From positions 12,279 to 76,278 of the forward strand of contig CAZLMW010000013.1 in the NCBI GenBank assembly GCA_964560875.1: a DNA stretch of 64,000 nucleotides, in the 5' to 3' direction. Within the stretch, counting starts at the first letter, position 1. Each line of letters starts with the position of its first letter. Shown piece after piece: positions 9,667-18,873 of the stretch. This DNA is from an uncultured Enterobacteriaceae bacterium. GTDB taxonomy: Bacteria; Myxococcota_A; UBA9042. The notes below the pieces were generated by a model that saw nothing but the letters and a program-made list of their open reading frames with translations, did not search any database and had not been told where the DNA came from. A program made the position numbers and the translations under genes.

Positions 9667-10092
9667 ATGAACGAGCACGGTGGCGGCGATCGACCTGGGC
9701 GCGATCTGTTGCGCGGCCGGCAGACGCGACTGCTGGCAACCCAGCTCGTCGTCGGCTTGTTACTGGTCCTTGTGGTGGCATCGGTCGCCGGATTCCTGCT
9801 CTGGAAGACGCTGCCCGAACCCGATGTCGCACCGCCCGCCGCGCTCCACGAATGCATGACGACGTGCGTGGCCTGGCACCTGGTGGGCTCGCTGTACCAC
9901 CGCGGTTTCTGTTTGCCGTGCGAGAAACTCGACGTCTGCGCCGGGCAACCGAGGGAGAAACCCTCACCGCGATGCGTGGACGGGCTGCGAAGCTGCTACC
10001 ACGCCGAAAAATGCATGGCCTCGGTCCGGGTGGCGTGCGACAAGAGGTGCACCGCTTTCGTGCAACAGGCAGGCCGCACCTTTGGGATGTGA
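9667..10092 (+). CDS. Small hypothetical membrane-anchored Cys-rich protein
   Basis: One strong TM helix (LLATQLVVGLLLVLVVASVAGFLLW) followed by a Cys-rich C-terminal portion. Lies between two secreted lipoprotein genes. GC3 is lower than in neighbouring genes, so this is tentative. Confidence 0.35.
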   Translation: MNEHGGGDRPGRDLLRGRQTRLLATQLVVGLLLVLVVASVAGFLLWKTLPEPDVAPPAALHECMTTCVAWHLVGSLYHRGFCLPCEKLDVCAGQPREKPSPRCVDGLRSCYHAEKCMASVRVACDKRCTAFVQQAGRTFGM

Positions 10093-10183
10093 GCCGCAAA
10101 CACGTAGCGGCAACAAGACGATGTAACGAACGCGCGATGATCGGGATGCAGGGCCCGGCAGGTGCGCGGAAGGAGACGCGACG

Positions 10184-11890
10184 ATGCGTTGGGTAACGAA
10201 AGATTGGTTGGTCGCCATCAGCGCGGCTTTTCTCATCGCCGGCTGTGTCGGTGGTTCAGGCGCGGGCGGCGGTTTCGTCGGCGGCCAGGGCGTCGGTCCC
10301 GCTGCTGACGGGGGCCCGACCGACGGTGGCGCTTCGTCCGGTGGCGCGTCCTCGGGCGGTAACTCGTCCGGTGGCACTTCTTCGGGTGGCAACTCTTCTG
10401 GCGGCGCTTCTTCTGGCGGCAACTCTTCTGGCGGTGCTTCTTCGGGCGGCAACTCTTCTGGCGGCGCTTCTTCCGGCGGTGCTTCTTCAGGCGGCAACTC
10501 TTCTGGCGGCGCTTCCTCCGGTGGCACGTCCTCGGGTGGCAACTCTTCTGGCGGTAACTCGTCTGGCGGCGCTTCTTCCGGTGGCTCCGGCTGTACGACC
10601 GGGGCGTGTTGCCTCGAGGGCTCGCTGAAGGGACCCGGCATGGCCTGCGGCGAGGTCCTCAAGTACGACTACAAGTGCGACGGCAACAAGATCTGGCGGC
10701 GCCAGGTGCGCGGCGTGTGCGACGGCAAGTCGGCGACCACGTGCAATACCCAGGGCGATGCGCTGCACAAGTCGTCCTGGGCGCACTACAACACCTGCTC
10801 CTCGAGCCAAGCCTGCACGACGAGCGACGAGGGCGGCAAGCCCTACTGCAAGACCATCAAGACCGGCTGCCAGAGCGGCGTCTGCTGCAACACCGAGACC
10901 GGAAAGCCGCGGCCCAAGGGCACCAAGTGCGGCACGAGCTACTACAAATCCGAACGCAAGTGCATCGGCAACAACGTCTACCGGCGCAAGGCCTACAAGG
11001 GTTGCGATGGCTACAGCACCGCCTCGTGCTCGTCGTCGTCTCTCAACTACTACTGGACCCAGTGGGACAAGTACCAAACCTGCTCGAGCTACCAGGTCTG
11101 CACGCCGTCGGAAGGCACGGCGTACTGCAAGACGAAGACCACCGGCAAGCCCGACTTGTACGCCTACTCGTTGACGGCAACCACGACCTACGTCAAGCCG
11201 GGCAGCTACATTTCCGTCAAATACACGCGCAAGAACTCGGGAACGGGCAACGCCTACTCGTTCTACGACGCGTGGTACCTGTCGACGAACACGACGATCT
11301 CGTCGAGCGACAAACTGCTCACAACGAGCAAAGTCACGTCGATGTCGGCCGGCTCGACCTATGGCCCCTACAGCAAGTCGCTGTACATCCCGTCCGCGAC
11401 CAAGTCGGGCATCTACTACATCGGCTACAAGGTCGACTACAAGAACGCCGTCAGCGAGATCAGCGAGTCCAACAACGTGCGCACCATGAAGATCACCGTC
11501 AGCAGCTCCGGCTCCAGCGGTGGCACCATCGACCTCGCGGCGTACTCGTTTTACAAGTCGTCGTCGTCGACCACCCTGTACCGCGGCAAGTACTACACGT
11601 TTACGTACCGACGGAAGAACTACGGCAGCAAGACCGCGCCCGGCTGCTATGACGCCTTCTACCTGTCGACCAACAGCACGATTTCGAGCAGCGACAAGCT
11701 CCTCAAAAGCGTCTACATGAGCTCGCAATCGGCCGGTTCGACGTCCACGACCAAGAGCGTGTCGCTGTACATCCCGACCTCGGCCAAGACCGGCACGAAC
11801 TACATCGGCTACTACGTGGACTACAAGAACACCGTGCCCGAGTCGTCTTCGACCAACAACATCAAGAAATTCAGCGTCTACATCAAGTAG
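10184..11890 (+). CDS. Secreted lipoprotein with GGxSS linker, two copies of a novel ~85-aa Cys-rich module and two C-terminal CARDB domains
   Basis: Lipobox LIAGC. (GG[ANT]SS)n linker. Duplicated module CC..G....CG....KCDGN.I.RR...GVCDG.S...C...SSW..Y.TCSS.QACT.S.G..YCKT. Two CARDB-type domains ending ...AVSEISESNNV and ...TVPESSSTNNI. Confidence 0.85.
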   Translation: MRWVTKDWLVAISAAFLIAGCVGGSGAGGGFVGGQGVGPAADGGPTDGGASSGGASSGGNSSGGTSSGGNSSGGASSGGNSSGGASSGGNSSGGASSGGASSGGNSSGGASSGGTSSGGNSSGGNSSGGASSGGSGCTTGACCLEGSLKGPGMACGEVLKYDYKCDGNKIWRRQVRGVCDGKSATTCNTQGDALHKSSWAHYNTCSSSQACTTSDEGGKPYCKTIKTGCQSGVCCNTETGKPRPKGTKCGTSYYKSERKCIGNNVYRRKAYKGCDGYSTASCSSSSLNYYWTQWDKYQTCSSYQVCTPSEGTAYCKTKTTGKPDLYAYSLTATTTYVKPGSYISVKYTRKNSGTGNAYSFYDAWYLSTNTTISSSDKLLTTSKVTSMSAGSTYGPYSKSLYIPSATKSGIYYIGYKVDYKNAVSEISESNNVRTMKITVSSSGSSGGTIDLAAYSFYKSSSSTTLYRGKYYTFTYRRKNYGSKTAPGCYDAFYLSTNSTISSSDKLLKSVYMSSQSAGSTSTTKSVSLYIPTSAKTGTNYIGYYVDYKNTVPESSSTNNIKKFSVYIK

Positions 11891-11943
11891 CGCGAATACG
11901 GCGCCGAACGGGGCGCGATGCCACGCTGCGAGACACCTGGTCG

Positions 11944-13878
11944 CTATTTTGCGGAGAGCTGAGCGGCGCTGAGATACGTGCCGATGAGCGCCTTGGTTGC
12001 CGGATCCCAGCCACGCCGGAACGCCTTTTTGAGCAGCGCCTGGGCCTTCGGATCGCTCTTGTGCGCGCCGAGCAAGCGGATCAGGGCGCGCCGCGCCATC
12101 GCATCATAGATCCGATCCAGTCCCTTGCCCGCCGCGTCGATGATTGCGCTCGACGGGGACGTGTGGTGGATCGTGGCGGCCTCGGTCGCAGCCATGGCCA
12201 GTTGGCGCAGGACAACCGGTGATTTTTCACGCAGCAGCCATGCCGCGACCGCCTTTTCCGTCTCGGCCGGTTTCATCAAGCGGACCGTGTTGGCAGCCCG
12301 GGCACGAACTTCATCGACCTTGTGCGCGTTCAGCTTCATCGCCGCCTCGAGCAACCGTTCATCGCCGCTGTTGGCGACGGCCGACAAGCTCTCCGCGAGG
12401 CGCTGCGGATCGTCGCCGCTGAGGCCCTTGCGCAGCTCATCGTGCACGCGCTTGACGACAGCCTCGTTCTTGCCGCGCTGCCCCTTGGCCAGCATGCCCA
12501 TCGCGAGCGCTGCCGAGTGACCGGCGTCATCGTTTTCCGAGCGCCACCCGTCATCCCGTCGAGCCGCATGGAGCAGCGCATCAACCACCTCGTCATCGGG
12601 CCGGGGCAAGGCCGCAAGCGCGAGAGCAGCGCGGGCTCGGTCACCTTCGGTCGCATCCCTGTTGGCGAGCACATCAACCAGCGCTTTGCGCGCCCCGGAG
12701 CCACCGAAACGACCCATCGAATGGAACACCGCGGCGCGATGACGATCGGTCACGTCGGGATGGTTGAGCGCCGCGAGCAAGTTGGCAGCGCCCGTGGGAT
12801 TGGCCGCGAGCCACGCCCGCACGAACCGCCTTGCCCCGATGCCGGTGTCGTTACCGGAAACAAACAAGCGCCGAAACTCCGCCAGCGCGACATCCGCGGC
12901 CATGCCCCCAAGACCCGGCCACTGCTTCTTGCGAGCGGGCTGAGACGGAGTAGCCACCGCGGCTTCCAACGTCCACGAGTACCCATCAAGATCGCCGGCT
13001 TGAACCGGCTTGGCAGGCCCGTCTGCGCGCTTGACATGAAGCTGAGACGCAAGCGTGGCGACCGTTGTGGTGGCTTGTTTGAGCGTGAACGAGGAGCGCC
13101 CATCCGCCCGCGAAAACCACGGCTGGTCGTCGAAGGTGAACGTTGTCCTCGCGTCGATGCCGTCAGCCCTCATCCCCGCCGCGCCACGCACATCATCGCA
13201 AGCCAGGATGCGCCGCGTGACGACGATTGCCGAGGCATCCTCTGTGTTGTTGGTCGAAGCGGTATCGCGGACGGTGCAGGCGCCAATAGCGACCTGTTCG
13301 ATGACGTCGGGAGCGGGCTGGCCGGGAGTCGGCAAGCGGAAGGAGAGCGACAGCAATGCGGCCTGTTGCACGCGCGCGGCGGGTTTGGCGGTATCGGGAT
13401 TTGTACCGACACCTCGCACCTGGCAGTTGCTCCCGAGGCGCACCAGCGCAGGGTTGCTGAGCGCCGTTTCACCGACAGTTCGGGCGCCTTGGGAGACGGC
13501 TTTGACATCGGACCACGCGACCGCCACGAGAGCCTGGTCCTTCGTCACATCGACCGCCTGCAAGTCGAGGCGCCAGGTCAGCGTCGTTGGGACCTCGCGC
13601 GGGTTGGATACGTTGCGTTGAGCAGCGCCGCCGACACCACCGGCTCGAGCGAGCGCGCCGAGATCGATGGCCATCTTTGTGTCTGAGCGCACATCGTAGG
13701 CCCAATTATGGCCTTTTTTCAGCCGACACGCGCCCGCGGGCGACGGCTTGGGCGAATTCTGCTCGTCGGAATCGCCGGTCGCGTCGTCGCCACTGCTGGA
13801 ATGCAGCCAAAACCCTGCGACGAATCCCAATAGAACCAGCGCGCCAACGAGGGTCGCGCGCACGCCGGGGTTTTGCAT
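11944..13878 (-). CDS. HEAT/PBS-lyase-like repeat protein with N-terminal signal anchor
   Basis: N-terminal hydrophobic anchor (LVGALVLLGFVAGFW). C-terminal half is made of HEAT-like repeats (ALVDVLANRD..., LLHAARRDDGW..., LAESLSAVANSGDERLLEAAMKL...). Confidence 0.7.
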   Translation of the reverse strand: MQNPGVRATLVGALVLLGFVAGFWLHSSSGDDATGDSDEQNSPKPSPAGACRLKKGHNWAYDVRSDTKMAIDLGALARAGGVGGAAQRNVSNPREVPTTLTWRLDLQAVDVTKDQALVAVAWSDVKAVSQGARTVGETALSNPALVRLGSNCQVRGVGTNPDTAKPAARVQQAALLSLSFRLPTPGQPAPDVIEQVAIGACTVRDTASTNNTEDASAIVVTRRILACDDVRGAAGMRADGIDARTTFTFDDQPWFSRADGRSSFTLKQATTTVATLASQLHVKRADGPAKPVQAGDLDGYSWTLEAAVATPSQPARKKQWPGLGGMAADVALAEFRRLFVSGNDTGIGARRFVRAWLAANPTGAANLLAALNHPDVTDRHRAAVFHSMGRFGGSGARKALVDVLANRDATEGDRARAALALAALPRPDDEVVDALLHAARRDDGWRSENDDAGHSAALAMGMLAKGQRGKNEAVVKRVHDELRKGLSGDDPQRLAESLSAVANSGDERLLEAAMKLNAHKVDEVRARAANTVRLMKPAETEKAVAAWLLREKSPVVLRQLAMAATEAATIHHTSPSSAIIDAAGKGLDRIYDAMARRALIRLLGAHKSDPKAQALLKKAFRRGWDPATKALIGTYLSAAQLSAK

Positions 13879-13923
13879 GGGTCGGATGTTGACGAAGCGG
13901 TCTGCGAGCTCGGGCTGGCCGGG

Positions 13924-15669
13924 CTACATCGAGATGCTGCCTTTGCGGAAGTCGGTCTTGCCGATGTGGGCATTGACGATGACGGGCACGCCGGTCTTGG
14001 CGATCTCCTTGGCCTTCTTCAGCACGCGCTTGATGTCGGACGTCTTCTTGATCGACAGGCCTTTGCCGCCAAAAGCCGGGGCGACCTTCTCGTAGTCACT
14101 GCGCGCGAGCACGGTGCCGACGTCGTCCTTGAGGATGACCACCTGGTCGCGGGCGATCTGGGTCCAGCCGGCGTCGTTGCCGATGACCGCGATGACCGGC
14201 AGGCCGTGGCGGGCAAAAGTGTCGATCTCGATCATCGAAAAGCCCGCTGCTCCATCGCCGTAGATGAGCCACACCTCGGCGTCGGGACGGGCAAGCTGCG
14301 CCGCCATCGCGAAGCCACCGCCCACTCCAAGCGTGCCGAAGACGCCGGGATCCAGCCACGAGAGCGGCTTGCGTGGGCGCATGATGTACGACGCGGTCGC
14401 CACGAAATCGCCTCCGTCGGCCACGATGACGCTGTCTTCGGCCATCAGCTCTTCGATCGCTTGGCAGACCTTGAGCGGGTTGACGGGCGGCGCGTCTTCG
14501 TCGGCGATCGCGGCGATTTCGGCGTTTCGGGCGTCATCGTTGGCGCGCAATTCGTCGATCCAGCCCTGCCAACGAGAGCCCTGGCCGCCGGCGACTTCGG
14601 CCAGTTTGACGATGAAGCGGCCCGGATCGGCCGGGATCGGCAGGTTTGGCACCCGGTTCTTGAACAGCGTCTTGGGGTCGAGGTTGACGCTGATGACTTT
14701 GGCCTTGCCCGAGATGACCCGGCCGTAGCCAAGGCGGAAGTCGCACGGCACGCCGGCGAGGATGACGAGGTCGGCGCCCTTGAGCGCTTTCTTGCGCTTG
14801 TGCCGCATCTGCAAGTCGGGCTCGTGACCGAGCAACCCGCGCGCGGAGCCGGCGAGCCACACGGGCATCCCGACCTTCTCGATGGCTTCGGCGACGTGCC
14901 ACGCGTTTTGCGCGCGAACGAGCGTTTGGCTGCCGACCAGCATCACGGGCTTTTTCGCCTTACGGATCATCGCGGCGGCTTGCTGCATGAGCGGCGCCAG
15001 CGGTTCCCGCCCGGCCACGCGGATCGGGCCTTGCGGTTGATGGTCGTAGGCGCCCTCGAAGAGCTTGTCGAGGTGTCGCCCGAGGTACCAACGAAGCGCC
15101 TTGTCGAAGGCGGTCTTGGCCGGACCCTTGCCGGCGATTTCGGCCGACCACCCGCGCACCAACTCCTCGTCGTACAGCAGGTCGATGGGGCACTCGACAA
15201 AGACGGGACCGGGGACGCCTTCCTGTGCCTTGCGGAACGCGGTTTCGACCGCTGGGCCGAGCTCCGAGACGCGCTTGCACGACTGGTGCCATTTGACGTG
15301 GGCCTTGATGACCGACGTCTGGTCGATGTCCTGCAGCGATCCCCGGCCCTGCAACATCGTCGCAGCCGCACCACCGAGCAGGACGACCGGCGATTGTGCC
15401 ATCTGTGCGTTCTTGAGCGCCGTCAGCGTGTTCGTAACGCCCGGACCTGCGGTGACGGCGGCGACACCGGGTACACCGGTCATGCGGGCGATGGCGTCGG
15501 CGGCGAAGACGGCGTTGGCTTCATCGCGGACATCAACGACGCGGATGCCACGCGCCTTGGCTCCGACGAGGATCGGCGAGATGTGCCCGCCGCAGAGCGT
15601 GAAGAGAAAACGCACGCCCTGGCGCTGGAGGACTTCGGCAATCTGGTCGCCGCCGCAAAGCTTGCTCAT
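13924..15669 (-). CDS. Thiamine-pyrophosphate-dependent enzyme, acetolactate synthase large subunit / oxalyl-CoA decarboxylase / 2-hydroxyacyl-CoA lyase family
   Basis: Pyr domain ([16 protein letters not shown]), central domain and PP domain with GDGAAGFS...GND TPP-binding motif. 581 aa, typical length. Confidence 0.9.
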   Translation of the reverse strand: MSKLCGGDQIAEVLQRQGVRFLFTLCGGHISPILVGAKARGIRVVDVRDEANAVFAADAIARMTGVPGVAAVTAGPGVTNTLTALKNAQMAQSPVVLLGGAAATMLQGRGSLQDIDQTSVIKAHVKWHQSCKRVSELGPAVETAFRKAQEGVPGPVFVECPIDLLYDEELVRGWSAEIAGKGPAKTAFDKALRWYLGRHLDKLFEGAYDHQPQGPIRVAGREPLAPLMQQAAAMIRKAKKPVMLVGSQTLVRAQNAWHVAEAIEKVGMPVWLAGSARGLLGHEPDLQMRHKRKKALKGADLVILAGVPCDFRLGYGRVISGKAKVISVNLDPKTLFKNRVPNLPIPADPGRFIVKLAEVAGGQGSRWQGWIDELRANDDARNAEIAAIADEDAPPVNPLKVCQAIEELMAEDSVIVADGGDFVATASYIMRPRKPLSWLDPGVFGTLGVGGGFAMAAQLARPDAEVWLIYGDGAAGFSMIEIDTFARHGLPVIAVIGNDAGWTQIARDQVVILKDDVGTVLARSDYEKVAPAFGGKGLSIKKTSDIKRVLKKAKEIAKTGVPVIVNAHIGKTDFRKGSISM

Positions 15670-15724
15670 TCTGGGTTCCGGTCGGTGAGGTGGGTCGGAG
15701 ATTGCGAGGGGTCCGGTCGCGGGC

Positions 15725-16123
15725 TCAGCCGTCGAGTACGTGGGCGCCGAGCACGAAGCAGGTGAAGGTACCGGTCATGACGACGTCGTCGCCGCGGGTG
15801 ACGGAGACATCGACGGTGCGCTTGCGTTTGCGGCTGGCGACAACGCGGGCTTCAGCCTGGACCACATCGCCGCGCGCTACCGGCTTGAGGAACCGTGTGT
15901 CGGCGCCGCCGAGCACGACGTTGGGATCGTTGACGGCCAGCATCGCTGCGTAGTCGGCCAGCCCGAAGACAAACCCACCGTGCACGAGACCGCGGTCATC
16001 GGCGGTCATATCGGCGGTGGTGCCCATGCGCACGCGGGCAAACCCGTCGGCGATATGGACCGGCGTACCGCACAGGCGTCGATCGATACCCAGGTGCGTA
16101 TTGGGTGGGGTGTTGGCCTGCAT
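15725..16123 (-). CDS. PaaI/4HBT-type hotdog-fold thioesterase
   Basis: Signature LVHGGFVFGLADYAA, about 130 aa hotdog fold. 56 bp downstream of... (i.e. immediately upstream in transcription of) the TPP enzyme gene. Confidence 0.85.
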   Translation of the reverse strand: MQANTPPNTHLGIDRRLCGTPVHIADGFARVRMGTTADMTADDRGLVHGGFVFGLADYAAMLAVNDPNVVLGGADTRFLKPVARGDVVQAEARVVASRKRKRTVDVSVTRGDDVVMTGTFTCFVLGAHVLDG

Positions 16124-16279
16124 CCGTGGCTCCGCGAGTCGGGGCGCGGAGGGTACGGGGGCCGATACGACCGTGGCAAGCGCCCAACGGGCCTCGCGAG
16201 GCCCGATTGGAAGTCGCTGACTGAGCGATAGGCCGGGTCCTGGCCACCCGAACCCGAACCCGAACGCGAACTCACACCC

Positions 16280-16564
16280 TCACGGGGTGCCGCTGTGCTT
16301 GCGAATCAGGCCTGTGAGCATGGCCGCGACCTTGTCGGCCGCCGCCAGCAGCGGTTCGGCTTCGACGGCAGGCACCAGACCAGGCGCCGCGGCCAGCTCC
16401 ACTGCCACCGCCGCCTCGCACGCCTCGCCCCGCGCCTCGTTGAAGCGCTGCCGCTTTTCACCGGCGTTGAGCCGGTGTGCTGATGCCCGCGGGGCGCTCG
16501 TGGGCAGGGAGGGCGACGTGCGCGCCCGGGCCGGCCGGGATAGCGAACGGCAGTGCGGCAGCAC
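16280..16564 (-). CDS. Small hypothetical protein (tentative)
   Basis: 94-aa ORF in the correct orientation between the lipoprotein gene and the thioesterase gene. No recognisable motif. Confidence 0.25.
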   Translation of the reverse strand: MLPHCRSLSRPARARTSPSLPTSAPRASAHRLNAGEKRQRFNEARGEACEAAVAVELAAAPGLVPAVEAEPLLAAADKVAAMLTGLIRKHSGTP

Positions 16565-16620
16565 CGGCGGACCCTCGCGCCCCGCGAACTCCGATCGAAC
16601 CTGCGGGCCTCGCCGCCGGC

Positions 16621-17256
16621 CTACTTGATGGGGTTGAGCACGGCCTTGATCGCGAGCGTAATGTCGAGGTCCGCTTTACCGCCCGGCACCGTTTCGCCCT
16701 TGTTGACGACCATCTTCGCCACGATCATCTGGCTGAAGGCGAGCGCCGTGAAGTGCGGCTGCGCGGCGGCCATGCCGTCCTTGTGCAGAACCGCGGCAAC
16801 GACCGCGGTCGACTTGCTCGGGATCGAGGGAATCGTGGCGATCTTGGCTGTCTGGGCGAGATCGGTGTTGCTGTGCGCGCCGACGTGCAGATCGAAGCTG
16901 GGCAGGGCGCCGGTCACCGAGTTGACCTTGGGGTGCGCGTCGATCTTGGTGATCTCGAACGACTTCACGCGGCCCTTGGCGTTGGCGAGCGCGGGCACCT
17001 GCTTGACCAGGTCGATGCTCGTGGCGGGCAGCGAGAGGTCTTTTTCGATCTTCTGCGGCGCTTTCTGACCGGCCGCCGAACCCATGATCGCGCCGATGTC
17101 GAACGACGTGCTGAACGTGTAGCTGGTCTGGACCGGCACATCGAGCTTGTTCTTGTTTTCGTCGACCGCGTCAGCGAATTGGTCGCAGGCCGTCAGCGAA
17201 AGAACAGCAGCGACGGCAAGCAGGGTGGTCAGCAGCGAATTGGAACGGGCGATCAT
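16621..17256 (-). CDS. Hypothetical lipoprotein
   Basis: Lipobox LSLTAC, balanced composition, ATG start, C-terminal Lys. Last gene of a co-directional four-gene cluster. Confidence 0.75.
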   Translation of the reverse strand: MIARSNSLLTTLLAVAAVLSLTACDQFADAVDENKNKLDVPVQTSYTFSTSFDIGAIMGSAAGQKAPQKIEKDLSLPATSIDLVKQVPALANAKGRVKSFEITKIDAHPKVNSVTGALPSFDLHVGAHSNTDLAQTAKIATIPSIPSKSTAVVAAVLHKDGMAAAQPHFTALAFSQMIVAKMVVNKGETVPGGKADLDITLAIKAVLNPIK

Positions 17257-17380
17257 TTTTGCCTCCTGATGGGACAGTTTAGGTCCTGACCGGGTGATGA
17301 ATCACGCCCGCGGCAAGGAGCCTACAGGCCACCGTCCGTGGACGCCATATTCAGCGCCGAGCGTCCGTAGGGCTCGCGGC

Positions 17381-18172
17381 TCAGAAGCGGCCGACGAGGG
17401 CGAGGCCGGGACGGTCGTTGACCGGGTCGAATGACGGCGCGAATGAGACATCCCAGGTGCGGCGCTGCACGGCCTTGTAGTGGCGATCGGGGATGCTGGT
17501 GATGGCGATCCATGTGCCAAACGCGAGGCTCAGCGCCATCGTCGACGCGAACGCGATGGCCTGGTTGCGGTCCTCTTCGGCCTGCTGCTCTTGGAAATCC
17601 TGCTGGTTGTTTGGATCGAAGTTGTTTGTGGAGTCCACCGCGTTGGCCACCAGGGCCCCAACGACCGTCCCGACGGCGCCGGACAGATCAATGATCCACA
17701 CGCGGCCGCGCGTCATCGGAATGTCTTCCCACAAGTGCCAGGCCACAAGGCCGCTGGTCAGGCCGACGAAGACGCTCGAGCGCATGTCGAACTCTTGCTC
17801 CATCGCAAACTGGATGGGCACGGTCAGGGCGCCGGTCCAGAAAACGGCGGTTGCCGCCAGACCGAGCTGCCCGGGCGCCGCGTCGCTGCCGCTGCCCACG
17901 ATGAGCCCACCGAGGCCACCGCCGACCACGCCGCCGAGTGTCAACAACGCCGCTGCAGCGCCTGGATCGCCGCCATCACTGCGCCGGTCGATATGCGAGC
18001 CGATCGCGAACCCGGCGAACCCGCCCAGCGACCCACCGACGAGTCCGGCCTGCCACATGATGTGACCGTGCCGATTGGCGAGCTGAGCCGATGCCTGCCC
18101 GGCCGAACAAGCGAGGAGCGCGCTCACCACCAGCACGGCTGGCACGATTTGCGAATTGCGGCCGGCGTTCAC
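17381..18172 (-). CDS. Gly-zipper-rich multi-pass (about 6 TM) membrane protein, paralogue A, C-terminal Phe
   Basis: Paralogue of the 18873..19787 gene (shared WxIDL-G...G motif, Gly-zipper helices, ends GRF). Start set at the GTG that overlaps the stop of the upstream gene as GTGA; this gives an MNAGRNSQIVPAVLVVSALLAC signal-like N-terminus. The ORF table extends it to 18208. Confidence 0.65.
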   Translation of the reverse strand: MNAGRNSQIVPAVLVVSALLACSAGQASAQLANRHGHIMWQAGLVGGSLGGFAGFAIGSHIDRRSDGGDPGAAAALLTLGGVVGGGLGGLIVGSGSDAAPGQLGLAATAVFWTGALTVPIQFAMEQEFDMRSSVFVGLTSGLVAWHLWEDIPMTRGRVWIIDLSGAVGTVVGALVANAVDSTNNFDPNNQQDFQEQQAEEDRNQAIAFASTMALSLAFGTWIAITSIPDRHYKAVQRRTWDVSFAPSFDPVNDRPGLALVGRF

Positions 18173-18873
18173 AGCCAGACCCCGATCCAAATGGCCCAAT
18201 GGACCCACACGCTGTCGCGCCGAATGCGCGCGTGGCGATCGTCCTGGCGCAGATCGGACACCGACGCCTGGTAGCCGATTCCACCGGTGAATTCGGCGAA
18301 CAAGAGGCGGCGGCTATAGCGCGCGACCACGGCGCCGCCGCCCGCCAACACGTGTTTGGACGCCCCGACGAAAGTTGGTTGCTGGTTGCCTCCGCCGCCG
18401 GGGACGTCGTTGGCGATAAGCTCCGGTGCCGCCGCGCCAAACGGGGTCGGGCCGTCGTTGCGAGGCGGCCCGATCCCCATGTGGTGTTCCCAGCGCGCGT
18501 CGATCGCCATGCCGACGCCGATTCGTCGATCGCCAAGGCCGATCCACGTGGCGCGAAGGCCCGCGCCGAGCACGCCGATTTCAGCAAAGGTCGACGTGTT
18601 CAAGTCGCCGCCGTACGCCGCGACGGCCGCGATGGCCAGGTGTTCGTCGATCGGGTACTCGAGGCGAACTTCCATCACCGGCACCAACAGGCGTGTCACG
18701 GCGAAGGCGACCACGGCATCGTCCCGAGCGAGTTGGGTTTGCAGGGAGCGCGCGGCGGCCGCGTCGGGTGATACAGGCGAGACTTGCGGCGCGCTGGACG
18801 GCATTTGCGCTCGTGCGGGTGTCGCAAACGCGCCGATGACCAGGGCGACAAGGACGGCGATTGGGCGAGGCAT
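18169..18873 (-). CDS. Secreted hypothetical protein
   Basis: Signal peptide MPRPIAVLVALVIGAFATPARAQ. Its ATG overlaps the stop of the upstream paralogue (TAATG) and its TGA overlaps the GTG of the downstream paralogue. Confidence 0.7.
   Translation of the reverse strand: MPRPIAVLVALVIGAFATPARAQMPSSAPQVSPVSPDAAAARSLQTQLARDDAVVAFAVTRLLVPVMEVRLEYPIDEHLAIAAVAAYGGDLNTSTFAEIGVLGAGLRATWIGLGDRRIGVGMAIDARWEHHMGIGPPRNDGPTPFGAAAPELIANDVPGGGGNQQPTFVGASKHVLAGGGAVVARYSRRLLFAEFTGGIGYQASVSDLRQDDRHARIRRDSVWVHWAIWIGVWL

Noticed and set aside
9639-10196. 185-aa Arg-rich ORF overlapping the 9667..10092 ORF
   Set aside because: Arg-rich off-frame composition. The alternative frame encodes a TM helix and was preferred, although that call is itself weak.
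10300-10600. CRISPR-like regular nucleotide repeats (ggcggc/tcttctgg periodicity)
   Set aside because: The periodicity comes from (GGxSS)n codon repeats inside a lipoprotein linker. There are no unique spacers, it is in frame with the protein, and no cas genes are present.
13873-15765. 630-aa ORF antisense to the TPP enzyme gene
   Set aside because: It is the mirror-strand ORF of a clearly recognisable TPP enzyme. The composition (Asp/Gly/Arg/Leu-rich, no motifs) indicates a GC-driven shadow ORF.
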